NCBI GenBank assembly: GCA_965655095.1
Contig: OZ296658.1
Location: 5,084,001-5,148,000, forward strand
Direction: 5' to 3'
Length of the DNA: 64,000 bases
Origin: Haplodiscus bocki
Taxonomy: Eukaryota
Shown here: in pieces, positions 1 to 12,499 of the stretch
Position numbering within the stretch: position 1 is the first letter of the stretch
Layout of the letters: each line of letters starts with the position of its first letter
The notes under the pieces: generated by a model
What the model was told of the DNA's origin: nothing
Seen by the model: the letters and a program-made list of their open reading frames with translations, nothing else
The model's database searches: none
Program-made: the position numbers and the translations under genes

Positions 1-1229
1 ATCGTTCCAAACACTTGTCAGAAGTGGCCTGCCCCTCCAGCCGTTGAACTTTAGTTGACAGTTATGCAAGGGAAGTTGTCATCTGACAATAATATTTTAC
101 AGCCATTCTTTCCCGAACAGCCAACCCTATGAATAGCTTAGCAGAGAACGCAACTTGCCACAGTTCGAATATGACCTCAGAAATGAGCGGAGCTATATTT
201 TGAGATGGTGATACATGTAGAACATCGGCTTCAGGTAAACGGAATATACGGCGTTTAAGTAAACGGAAAATACAGTCAAAAACGTTTTTATTTTTACCAA
301 ACTCCAGTTGTCCAAAGTTTTTTCCGCGTTACATGATGCTCTACGAAAAAAGCAGTTCTTTATTTTTTTGCTTCATCACCCTTCGTTGGACTCTCTAGTT
401 GTACTTTTGGCAAGATTAAAAAATTGGTTGTCCAGAAAAAAATCGAGTTTTTTTTCCTGGGAGCTCCAAGGTTCTTCGGAAACTTCTACCTTCTCAAGAA
501 TTCAAGAAACTTCAACTCTGAAATCATAATTCAGTGATAACTATCCGCAAAACTGTCGAATTCTTGGAGCTGAACAGGCGACGAAAACTAAGTTGTTTAA
601 AAACTCCATTTTCTGACTCAAACTGCGGGCAAGCTTTTGACTGTCGTTATGTTTTGGCAACTTCCAATAATCCCCGAGAAGCAGTAACAAACCATGGCAC
701 CTCATTCATGCGTTGTACCGGGCTGGTATGGCAAATTTATCGATTTAGTTTTCAAAGTTTCCTGTTTTGACGGTGTTTCAGCGGAAAAAACCATGAGAGC
801 GAAAAGTTTGCGGAAATTTCTCTGCTAAAATGTAGCGCAGTGGTTTTTCGAATTGAATCCACAGAAATAAACCCGCTGGGTACATTGGGAGCTGAGCTAT
901 AGGCGCTTGGCTGAGATTTTGTGTCGATATAACAAAATCTGCAAAAAAATGATTAGAAACCTAGGTGCAGCGAGCATTGCGCTTGGGATTTGAAAAATGC
1001 GGGCTAGAAAACAAAAAAGTTGTAAACGCTTCTCATGAAATGCTCTCGCCTCCAGCCGTTGACCTCTGGCTGAGAAAAGTTATGCAAGGAAAGTGGCAAC
1101 TTGGGACTAACATATTGTAGCTATTCTTTCCTGAACAGTGAACCCAAAACAAAACTGAAATCCATAAAAATATCCTCGGGTTTAATTTTTCAAAATGTAA
1201 TTTTTTTCTTCTTTGCCATACTGAAAAAC

Positions 1230-4200
1230 ATCAAACGGGTCTCACAGCCCCAAAATTGCAGAAATTTCGCAACGCCTTTCAATTATGCTAAATATCAAAA
1301 GTATCTAAAACTTTAAGGAAAACCAAAGCCTCGACGTTTTCAGATTGCAGTGGGTTTCCTAACTTCTTGCTCCCTGTTCATTTCTCCATCAAATCTCAGT
1401 GCCGAGAGGTTTTAATTTCATTTCAACACGAAAATAATTTTTTCTTGATCAGCAAATTTACGCACTATAAACTGGTTTACTAAGTTTGAAATCGCAAACT
1501 GAAACAATTTTTCTCAAATTTTTGGTCGTGTCCGATTTTCTCCGTTGAATATCACAATGCCGAAAGTGATGGAAACTTTACAGCTCCTTAGAAGTTCCAT
1601 TGAAGCTGCTACTTATCAGCAACCTTAAAGGCTTTAAAAAAGGTCCCTTCGTTGCATTTCCAAAATTGCACTATTTTCCTGAAATTCTTGCTGTCTGCAT
1701 ATTTTCCACCAAGTCGCACGGTGCCGAAAGCGCCGGAAAGATTAGTTTCCATTAGTTTGCTGGGTCTGAATGTCTATTTGATATGTGTATAGAACTTTGG
1801 CTCACCAGGAATACTACACATCAAAAGAATTCCCTACGATTACGTTTTAAACCTGAAAAAGGTTATCAGAACTTCAAGCCGTTTTCATTTTTCTTCCACA
1901 AGGTTTCACAATGCTGAGTTGTTGGGAAGGGTTACAGTCCCCTAGATTTGAAAATGGAAATTCTACTACCCTAAAAAATTGAACTCTCTAAGTTGATATC
2001 GCGATTTTGAAACTCCTAAATTGTAACAGGTTTCATCTATTATTTTGCAGCTTCCATGTTTTTCCCATTGCGATTAACAGTACAGAAGTTATCAAAAACT
2101 GCACAGTTCTCAAAAATGTCACTAAAAGTTCTCATCATCTGCTAGATTAAACACTTTTAAACAGGTTCCTTTGTAACACTTTCAAATTGCAAAAAGATAC
2201 CATTCTTTGATGATTTCAATTTTTTCCATCTAGTCTCACAGTGCCGAAATTTCTCTCGATATGTTACCCTTTCCTGGAAAACTTTTATCTAGATTAAACC
2301 TATTAGCGATAATAAACACTATTAAATAAGTTCCCCAGGTTTATATTTCTAAATTTAAAAAAGGTTTTCTCAATTTTTAGTCGCCGTCAAATTTTCTCTA
2401 TCGAGCTTCACAGTACCGAAATTGTTGGAATGCAGCGAAGGTTCAAAATATCACCATTATTAAACCCTATTAAAAAATTCTCAGCATTCAAACTTTCAAA
2501 TTGCAAAACAACTTCAATTCTTTGATGATTGCAATTTTTCAATCGAATCCAACATTGGCGAAAAAGTTTGGAGACAAAACATAGCAGCGAAAAAGAGGAG
2601 AAGGACAGCTGAAAATTCCGGAAATGTTAGTTTCATAGGAAACTTTTTTATGGAACATAAACAGGACTAATAGAAAAACTCCCTAGGCTTAAAGTTCAAA
2701 ATTGTTGAAGGTTTTCTCAATTTTCTGTCGCGGCCAAGTTTTCTCCATCGAAATTCACTGTACCGAAACTGTCGGAAACTTTAGAGTTCTTTAGAAATAA
2801 CACTAAACGTTTGAGTCATCTGCAACATTAAACACTATGAAAAATTTCCCTATATTTGAACACATTGCCATGAAAATTTTCAATTCCTTGATTGTTCCAC
2901 TTTTTCCATCCAGTCTCACAGTGCTGAATGTTCCAGAAATGTTGCAGTTTGTTGGCAAATCATACAAGACTACACACATCAGCATTTTCGAACTCTAATG
3001 AACGAGGCCCTTGCGTTAAATCTTTATACTGGCCATAAGTTTTTTCCAAATCCTTGCTGATCTTAGTTTTTTTTTCGATCAAGACTCATAGAGCCGAAAA
3101 CAGCGGAATTATTTCTTGGAATTGTCAGGAGAGATTCTACTTCTCAGCAGTATGAAACTCTCTAATTTAAGATACCGATGTTTAAACTATCAATTTATAC
3201 TAGGTTTCAATTATTTAGAAGTTTTTAATTTTCTTCCATGGAGTTTCACAGTGCCAAAGCTGTCGGAAACTGCACAGTTCTCGAGAAATTCGATTAAGGG
3301 TTCTAATTATCAGAAGTATTAAAAACTATTGAATAGGTTCCCTACGTTCAAACTTCCAAATTGCAAAAAGAGTTTCCATTCTTTGATGATTTCAATTTTT
3401 TCCATCTAGTCTCACAGTGCCGAAATTTCTCTCGATATGTTACCCTTTCCTGGAAAACTTTTATCTAGATTAAACCTATTAGCGATAATAAACACTATTA
3501 AATAAGTTCCCCAGGTTTATATTTCTAAATTTAAAAAAGGTTTTCTCAATTTTTAGTCGCCGTCAAATTTTCTCTATCGAGCTTCACAGTACCGAAATTG
3601 TTGGAATGCAGCGAAGGTTCAAAATATCACCATTATTAAACCCTATTAAAAAATTCTCAGCATTCAAACTTTCAAATTGCAAAACAACTTCAATTCTTTG
3701 ATGATTGCAATTTTTCAATCGAATCCAACATTGGCGAAAAAGTTTGGAGACAAAACATAGCAGCGAAAAAGAGGAGAAGGACAGCTGAAAATTCCGGAAA
3801 TGTTAGTTTCATAGGAAACTTTTTTATGGAACATAAACAGGACTAATAGAAAAACTCCCTAGGCTTAAAGTTCAAAATTGTTGAAGGTTTTCTCAATTTT
3901 CTGTCGCGGCCAAGTTTTCTCCATCGAAATTCACTGTACCGAAACTGTCGGAAACTTTAGAGTTCTTTAGAAATAACACTAAACGTTTGAGTCATCTGCA
4001 ACATTAAACACTATGAAAAATTTCCCTATATTTGAACACATTGCCATGAAAATTTTCAATTCCTTGATTGTTCCACTTTTTCCATCCAGTCTCACAGTGC
4101 TGAATGTTCCAGAAATGTTGCAGTTTGTTGGCAAATCATACAAGACTACACACATCAGCATTTTCGAACTCTAATGAACGAGGCCCTTGCGTTAAATCTT

Positions 4201-4596
4201 TATACTGGCCATAAGTTTTTTCCAAATCCTTGCTGATCTTAGTTTTTTTTTCGATCAAGACTCATAGAGCCGAAAACAGCGGAATTATTTCTTGGAATTG
4301 TCAGGAGAGATTCTACTTCTCAGCAGTATGAAACTCTCTAATTTAAGATACCGATGTTTAAACTATCAATTTGTACTAGGTTTCAATTATTTAGCAGTTT
4401 TTAATTTGCTTCCATGGAGTTTCACAGTGCCAAAGCTGTCGGAAACTGCACAGTTCTCGAGAAATTCGATTAAGGGTTCTAATTATCAGAAGTATTAAAA
4501 ACTATTGAATAGGTTCCCTACGTTCAAACTTCCAAATTGCAAAAAGAGTTTCCATTCTTTGATGATTTCAATTTTTTCCATCTAGTCTCACAGTGC
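1230..4596. repeat. Diverged ~168-bp tandem satellite
   Basis: Core motif TTTTCTCCATC..GTCTCACAGTGCCGAAA..GTCGGAAAC recurs near 1240, 1385, 1540, 1705, 1892, 2060, 2221, 2391, 2536, 2739, 2901, 3070, 3230 and again in the duplicated block; spacing is about 145-200 bp and monomers are strongly diverged. Confidence 0.8.
2200..4596. repeat. Near-perfect 1176-bp tandem duplication (two copies plus ~45 bp), a 7-monomer higher-order repeat
   Basis: 2200-3375 matches 3376-4551 at offset 1176 (ORF pairs 2803/3979 and 3116/4292 confirm the offset); three substitutions noticed; the third copy breaks off at 4596. Confidence 0.95.
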
Positions 4597-5152
4597 AGAA
4601 AAGGATTGCAGACCAACCATAGCAGCAACAAAGCGGACAAGGAGGTGTCTTTAAATTGACCTGGTAGCGATGAAAAAACATGGCATGATTTCTCGGAGTG
4701 GTTCACAAATTTTGAAGACAAAGTTTCCCGTTTTGAGCTTAAAAAAGATCTCGGAATTTTCCGGCCATTGCCGTGCGTCGATGATGTCAAGAGCATTCTC
4801 TGGGGAGTGCATTGCCATAATTCAGGTATTTTCCATTACGTCTCGTCACTCGGCTCAGTAAATCTCCTCAAACTCTATATTCGAGGATGATTCTGCAATT
4901 GAACACTAATTGTGACGTCATTGTCGCATCTCGATATCGACAGGCAAATCGCTAGGTATTGGCCTACCACTCGTGTACTGATCAACAAAAAACCGGGTTC
5001 CCTTGTCGGCTACGTCATTGTCGTCTCTCACCTCTTGGTTACGTGATAATTTGACTGGGGGATGGGTTGAGTAAATGACCATAGATGGTTACTCACTCAA
5101 CCGCCCCCCCCCCCTCACGAACCAATTACTACTTACTTCTACTACTACTACT
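4597..5152. mobile_element. Possible orphan Polinton-type terminal fragment
   Basis: Abrupt junction with the satellite at 4597; higher GC; ends in (ACT)n (AGTAGT on the minus strand), preceded by a C-run and a 17-bp imperfect hairpin (~5065-5102). No partner end is present in the window. Confidence 0.35.
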
Positions 5153-5334
5153 GATAGAAGTGATTTTTCAGAGCCAGTGGAAGTCTTCTGATTGAAATGT
5201 GAGAATTTGTTTTCCTCCCAAATGTTCTCTGAATGCCACCAATATCCTTCATATTCTTAGGTGAATAAATGTTAAATGAAATGTTGATAGCCCAAAAAGT
5301 TCGACCTATAGTCTCAAGCTGAAGAATAACAAAC

Positions 5335-5455
5335 CAATTCGGCAATCTTTTCAGATTTGGAGCCGTTGTCTATATTCAGTCTCTCGATTTCGGAGCTCAA
5401 CTCAGTCTTCATTTGTCCAAACTTGTTTTCCGCTTCATCTAATTCCTTCTTCAAC
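5335..5455 (-). CDS. Host coiled-coil gene, exon (phase 2 to 0)
   Basis: ttctag acceptor, gtttgt donor, 121 nt, LKKELDEAENKFGQMKTELSSEIERL; in phase with the 5901-5937 exon. Confidence 0.75.
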
Positions 5456-5900
5456 CTAGAACAAATTGCGTTTCACAGATCAACGAATCACTCAGAAGAC
5501 CTTCACTGCTTTTGCTTTCAAAATTGGTTAAGAAACAATGATAAACAAGCCAGGAGAAGCATAGAAATACAGAAACCACCCAAAAATAGAAACATACCGA
5601 AAAAAATTAGACGATTTACCGAAAAAAGGCAAAAAAGACCGTGTAATAGTCTGGCACTTTTTCTTTCGAAAAGTGCCGACTAAAACTATCAAGAAATGAA
5701 CAGAGAGCACATTTCGACTAGAATCTTGAATAGAGCGCCCATTTGAGCGTGTTTTGCACATCAAACATATCGGATATTATTGAAAACGGTCGATTGTCGG
5801 TGAGCAATTGAACTTCAGTGGCTTTCAGACTGAACACTCTTCTCCCTTCTTGACAGCAGCTGCAAATTGACAATAAAGATTTGAATGTGAAACAACTAAC

Positions 5901-5937
5901 ATCTCCTGGTGTTTGTCTTCTGAGATCTTCAAATCTC
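5901..5937 (-). CDS. Host coiled-coil gene, 37-nt micro-exon (phase 1 to 2)
   Basis: tttcag acceptor, gttagt donor, GDLKISEDKHQEM; bridges the phases of the flanking exons exactly. Confidence 0.65.
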
Positions 5938-6928
5938 CTGAAACGAACAAACGGGGGGATCAACATTTCCTTCCTTCAAATTTTCATATCTCCCTCCATT
6001 CCACTAGAATTTTCTTTTCCTGTAAAGCACTGAATTTTTCATCCGAATTCGAGCTTTTGAGAAAACGCAAGACATCAAGGGCCCGTGTCTGTGGGTTGAA
6101 TATTATTCTCTCTCTGGAATCTTATTCTCTCCAAACTTCTCCGTGATAATCAGGAATATTTATTTGTTATATCTGATCCTTCTGACTTTCATACCTTGCA
6201 GAGCAACTTTCTGCAAACGTGACAAAAGGAACAAAAAATATTACCAACCACAGGGTCGATCAACTTGAGGTTGCGTGATCATTCAAACGAGACTTTCGAA
6301 AGATGGCGATTTTCCTAACTTTCTCGAAAATCCCTCTATGGCAATCAGTGGTGTACATTCAAAGTATGGTTCAAAAATCTTACTAAATCAAGTTTTAATT
6401 AAATTTTACAGCAACTCATTTCATTCAAATGATTTTTTTTCAAGATCGAAACATGTGAAAGCCTCAAAATATCGAATCTTAACCCAAAGTATATATGGTA
6501 CCAACCCGAGTCAAAAATATACCGATCGAAAAAAGAAAATTGGCACCGTGATTAAAAGCTATTTACAGATCGGTGCTAATTCAGTAGGCGGTCTACAAAA
6601 ATTTGTGATCTATAAATGAAATCAGTGTTTTCGTTTCGGTGCGCCGATGTTGCATAATTCTCAAATATTTTTGACTGAGAGCTTTTTTGTCAGATAAATT
6701 CGACACCCTTGTAAACGGTAGAACGCACTTTAGATCATAAAGTCAAAAGTAGACCGCGCACTACACTGGCACCGAAACATTGATACAAATTGCCAAAATA
6801 ATCGTTATGTGATCAGAGCAAATCTGGCCCATTTTATGCTTCTGGAAAGAATGAAAATTTAAAGGATCGAAAAAGAAGGTACATGACTGATTACAGTATA
6901 AACTAACAGTAGTAACATATCAGCTCAC

Positions 6929-7242
6929 CTTGTGTTTGTTTAAGCTTAGTCTTCAACTCGGCGCAATTCTGCTCCGAACTGTTTCTCAATTCGAAAAGCT
7001 CATCGACTTGTTCTTGAAGACTCTTTTTAGCACTCTTGAAATCCTCGTTTGATCTCGCCACCGACTCTTGCAGAAGCCGAACTTCTTCTTCCAACTTCGC
7101 CTTGTCCGAGTGCAGCTGACTCACTGCTTCTTTCTCATGGCATAATGAGCGACATTGGCTCTCATTGGTCGCCTTCAACTGCTCTAGTTCATCTCGACAG
7201 GACTTCAGCTGTAGTTCCAGAGAACAAACTTCTTTATTGAAT
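6929..7242 (-). CDS. Host coiled-coil gene, exon (phase 2 to 1)
   Basis: ttttag acceptor, gtgagc donor, 314 nt, heptad-rich FNKEVCSLELQLKSCRDELEQLK...KLKQTQ (inside ORF 6903-7265). Confidence 0.85.
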
Positions 7243-8879
7243 CTAAAATAAGAAATGAAACACATGCATCTAGGATATTAGTATGGGCATGAGTGGTGTT
7301 CACAACGGGGAGGGTTTTCCGCTTATGGGAGGCTTCCAGCTGGTCTTATAATAAAATTACTATTTTCCGCCCATATTCAAATATCGAAAATATCTTTTTC
7401 CATCTAAATTGAGGTTTCGCGAAAAATCAGAACATCTTTCAACTTCGAAAAATTGATGAAATGCTTTTTTACCGAAAATGACGCTTTCGTCCTTCTAAAA
7501 AGCATCCTTTAAAAGGTTGGACGGCGGAAAACATCCAGGTGTTGCATATGCAATAGAAAATCAATTCTTGTATATCAATGGTCCTCTTCAGGGAACAGTG
7601 CGCAATTCAGCAAATAATATAAACAGTCGGTGGATCGCCGCTTCATGGATAAAAAACTGAAGGGTCTCGAATATATATTTTCCCGGAGAATATCTCTAAT
7701 TAGAACCTATAATCACCCCCAGGGTCAAAATAGCCCAACATTTACCAAAAATCAATTAGGGGTTGGAACCTGGAATACCACATATTCGTGTCTAACGGAG
7801 AACTCTTTCTACGTGCTCAAATGACTTCCTAAAGCCAGGAAAAAAATGTTTAGAGGGCTTCTTAGTAAAGAACAGATATATTTTTGACCAACTGATGTAA
7901 TTTCCAACCGTTTTCATCCAAAAAAGTGATTTTCCTCAAATTTTTCACATTCCCTCATTGAATGGCTCCGTTTATAGATCCCTTACAACCCCCTTGAAAC
8001 TTAGCGCCGTAACCATTCGAACCGCAATGAAGTGGGTAACAGGAGTTGTACTCTCAAGCAGTAAAATATTTCTATATCTTCTGTTTGAATGACTATTTGG
8101 CAAAGAAAACTTTTTCGAGCTTTTTCAGAATTTTTGCAAAATCCTCCAGATGCAGATTTCCTACAAAACGGGGCTTGATACAACTCGAAACTCTACTAAC
8201 TGCGTTTTCAGAGGTTGTTTACCGAGCGTTGAAAAACTAACCTCAGCTTTACTCAGTTTTTCGCTCAGAAAATTCAAAAAATTCTCCTAAGCTTCCAAAA
8301 AATTTTTGACTCGATTTTCTCCCCAAGACGGCTCTTGAGACCATTCGAACAATCATGAAGTGGAAAATCAGAAGGTATAAACAAGAGCGCTGGAAACAAT
8401 CCGTATTGTTTGAACTTTTCTGCCAGAAACTTTATCATACTATTGTCAGTTTCTTGCAAACACTCTGCGCACAGGTTTCCCCAAGGCGAGGCTTGTTACC
8501 ACTCACAACTCCATTAGGTTGGCTATCTGGGGGTGTACTAACGAGCGCTAAAAATTTTATTCTTCTTTGTCGTGGTTTTGGAAATGCTTCTCGCACAAGG
8601 AATTCCTTGAGGCTGGCGTTTTTGCCATCCAGACGGGCACAAAACGGGCAATCAAGAGGCTATATTCGCGAGCGCCAAAATTCATTATCCATGAATTTTT
8701 CAATGACTTTTCGGAGAAAAAAACCGACATATTTTCTTTGCTACTTTATGTAACTTTCAATGTATACAGCTTACCCCGAAAATGGGGGTTTGTACCAACC
8801 AAAACGTCATGGAGCGTGTTAGAATAGTTTGACGCGAATAGAAAGTTTGAATTTATAAAACCTTCGGAACTTCAGTGTT

Positions 8880-11560
8880 GAGGCAATCGTTCCGGTGCGA
8901 ACAACAAACGGCACGTTCTGACCTGTCGCGTTCGCAAATTCTATCCGAACTTCTTCGATAGTACTTGTGAAAAAAATTAATTTTTAAAGCGGTGAATATG
9001 TTATTTGCTGTTGTCGATGTAAGGTCTAGGTTACCGTTCCCTTATCGTTTTCCAGTAACAATGATTCTGAGTAAAGTAGTCTTCACACTTACAACGTGCT
9101 GCTGTTCAATATGAATCGTGTCAACCAAGACATATTTAACGCCGCTGTCAGACACAGTGGAAAGTTGCCGTTGATTGGTTGCTCTATTTTTGATGTTCTG
9201 CTGTTATAACCAATGAAAAAAAACAACTTAACGGTTTTTGTAAGGAATGCTCTCAAGACCTAGAACGTCTAAATGCTACGATCAATGAAACTGCCAATTC
9301 TACAACTACTCCTTCGGTCCCTTGTAAGATTTGACTGGTTTGAAAAGGCTCGTTCGTTCTTTCCGTCAAATGTTCTAGCACAGCTTCAAGTTTTTGCACG
9401 CGCCCGATATGAAGTCAGCATGGTCAGACCAACTTTCTCGAGCCACTATCCATATCACCACCATTAAACGTCTTGAAAGGCATGTTTAGAGTGTACTGAA
9501 GTATTTCCAGTAGTAACATTTATATACTGTTGGTCAAAATCATCTCCACTAGTACGACTCGCCAATTAGCCTCCATTTGTATTGAATGTGCTAAAATGTT
9601 CCCCAAGTCTGCCATGGTGTTTTCGCTGAAATCATCCATTGAACCAGTGGACTCGAGGTATATATCAAACTTATCCATTTACTTTGACAAGCCCAGGCTC
9701 ATGAAAAAATCCCGCCAATTCTTCTTCCTTCATCCTTGAGTTTATAGGTTGCTGGACTGAACATTGCAATTTTGGCGATGGTAAAAAATTCGTCTTTAAA
9801 ACTTTGTTTGTAGCCTTCACTGGATGGTATGTTCTCTTTTGCTATGCGTACTTTGTCGTTCAATTCTACTTTCTCTTTACCTTCGATACTCGCTGACTGT
9901 CCAGCCATTAAAGATAACAAATGTGGAAGGCTCCTTAGTACAAATTTTTCGGTGCTGGTTTCGTTACTCTGTTAAATCTGGAAATGAAGATGTCTACAAA
10001 ATTTCCAATTTATTCGTGGGTCCAATTCTCGGAAAATTCGTAGATCATATTCTTCAAGATCGAATTTTGCTTTCTCCGAAAGCAGATTTGGCTTCATTAT
10101 ATGTCGTATATGCGTCAATCCCCTTAACTTTCCACACCCTTCCATCCCTAGGTTCGCGCAAGTTCCCTCTGGACTCTCTGGCTTCATCAGACCATGGTTT
10201 TCTGGTCTTCGCTTCAAAATCAATTTTGGAAGTTTTGCAGTCTCTTGCTGTTTTCATCTACATTGTTACAAATCCCAGGTAGCATGAAAACATACCAACT
10301 GCCACCAATAAGTACTTGACTGTTATGCTGGCACTGTTTACCGACAGACGATATATCAAGTGACCAATTCTTGTGTAAATCCTAAGCAATGACTTTGACA
10401 GGATGAATTTTCCCAAATTTGATTTCCTTAGCTTCGCCACTCATTGTCCGTTCCGAGCATTCCCATAAACAACTGACCCGACACGATATGTTTGAGGCGC
10501 CTTTTGAGGTCATCTGGTGAGATGCTACCACTCATTCTCGGCTGACGCTTTTATCCTTCAGTATCTTCGCTAGACTTCAACAGGTAAAGTTGTTCGCTCT
10601 TCTGCTTGTGCCTTTGACTTAGTCACTCTCCTGTAAAGCTTTCGGTTTTGTTGTGACGGCAATTTTGACAATCTTCGCCAGGTTGCCGCGAAGGGCAAGT
10701 GATTGCTTTTTTACGGGTAGTTGTGACAGTCACAACTGTTGAACGATTTGAGGTTTGCTCTGACGCTTCTCCCTTAGCATATTCGCCAGGTTACAGCTCA
10801 GGTGAAATTGGTGTCTTTTTTGCTTGTGGCTTTGTTTCAGCCAATACTGTTGTACGGACATCAGGTTTGAACATCCATCTTGTTTCCAAGTTTGCAACCA
10901 ATTGAGGTGAAATGTCTAATTATTTCAATATTTTTTTTGGTCTGCGTCGGGCAAAACATTCCACGGTTATTGGAGGTTGTAGAAAGCATTTAGGTGGGTT
11001 ATTCGACCGCGAGTTCTGAAATTTCCCTAAACATTTAGGGAAATGCCCCAGTTTTCATCAGTCTTTTTCAAAATTGACAGAGATTTCTCTTTGCGATGAG
11101 TTCAACATGGAATGGATTTCGAAATCTGATCACCAAAAAGTTCCAGTTCCTACTCTACATTCCAAGTAAGTTTAATTTCCATAAGTTTTCGTTTGCTGGA
11201 AAGTCCTGCAAGCTGTTCACGTTAAATAATAATGAGTATTTTTGCTTTTCAACGGAACTATCCAAAGCTTTTGATATAAAGGTCTGTTGAAATGAGGAAA
11301 AATACAAGAACCCTCATCACGAAAGATAATCATAGGAAGGCCGCCTAATCACTTGCAGAAGCTACAGACCGTTTGCTGAAGATAACATTTGACGTTTGAT
11401 GTCGAGTGTTGTGTGTTGACAAGAAAGTTTTGACTTTCGAATGACGTCAACTTACTGACCTTTACCCCAAAATTCTCAATGAAAATGATCGCACACAATC
11501 TCGCAAGCACCTTACGTCCTGTGAGCGCAGTGCTCCAAGACACGCAGATAGTCTGTAGTT
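8880..11560 (-). mobile_element. Heavily decayed Ty3/gypsy-type pol (protease-RT-RNaseH-integrase order)
   Basis: Broken frames give a protease-like FLVNT (FLVDTG relic) followed by SANG near 11380-11430, an RT thumb-like IGHLI...LLVAVGMFSCYLGFV...KPWSDEARE at 10180-10440, and integrase-like remnants at 8900-9500. There are many stops and frameshifts; LTRs were not found. Confidence 0.6.
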
Positions 11561-12499
11561 CTGGTGGTTCACTATATCCGCTGATTTTTCGTTCATTTGT
11601 AAAATTACGGCTATTCGATCAAAAATGGGCCGAGTCCGACAGTGTTTGAACTGTAGCTTAGAAACTCACTAGTTCCAGGGTCAACAACAAACAGCACATA
11701 TCCGAAAACTTTTATTATTGCTCTCGTAACAATTGCGTATAAATTTGCTTCATTCAACTATCAGCCGAAATCGGTTCAATGTCGCGCAGAGATTTGAACA
11801 AAATGATGAGTTGTGTTGAGACCTATAGTTCGAGACCACTCACTTTCATGTAACCGGTTTTGCTTCAGGAAAATACCGCTGAGGTTTCGATGGCGTCATT
11901 CTACTGCTGACTGGAAGGCAGTTTTCTGAACTCTCGACGTCAACACATTGGACCAGTGAATTGAACACAATGTACGACATAGGAAACGCTTTTCCGAAAA
12001 ACTAAATATGGGTACGAAAAACGACCTATGCCAGCATTAATACCATTTATGATTTCCATTGCGAGCGTGTACGATTAGGTCGTAGTGGTGAAATCCTGCA
12101 GTGTGGGTCCAATCATATGATGGAATTGGTGTTGAGAGAAAGCAATTGTGCGACTCATCCATTCTGCTGAAAAAATGACTAATTTCCACCCTTGTTTGAA
12201 TATGGAACAAAATTTTTCTCGATTCAACGTCAAGGTTTTTTTACGATTACTTCCGATGCTTACGTTGAATCAGCGACAAAAATTATGCCCGAGCGTTTCT
12301 GAAGCGTAGTTTTCAGGGAAACCCAGCTATATTATGCGGGCGGTTTCGTTAAACGTTGTACGAGAAAACATACATTTCCAAAGTAAGATATTTAGCAAAA
12401 TATTATAAAATGTGCTTTTTATACGTTTATACGATATACGAAATTGAAACTACACTCAATTCAGTGCATAGGACAAACTCAATATCTAGTTCTCTTCAA

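Noticed and set aside
35-1138. ~90-bp diverged direct repeat at 35-120 and 1049-1138 as possible LTRs
   Set aside because: Short, roughly 70% identical, with no TG...CA ends, TSD or retroelement coding sequence between the copies.
1230-4596. Regularly spaced conserved motif resembling a CRISPR array, and duplicated 60-68 aa ORFs
   Set aside because: The whole ~168-bp unit is homologous, there are no unique spacers or cas genes, the context is eukaryotic, and the ORFs are incidental to the satellite.
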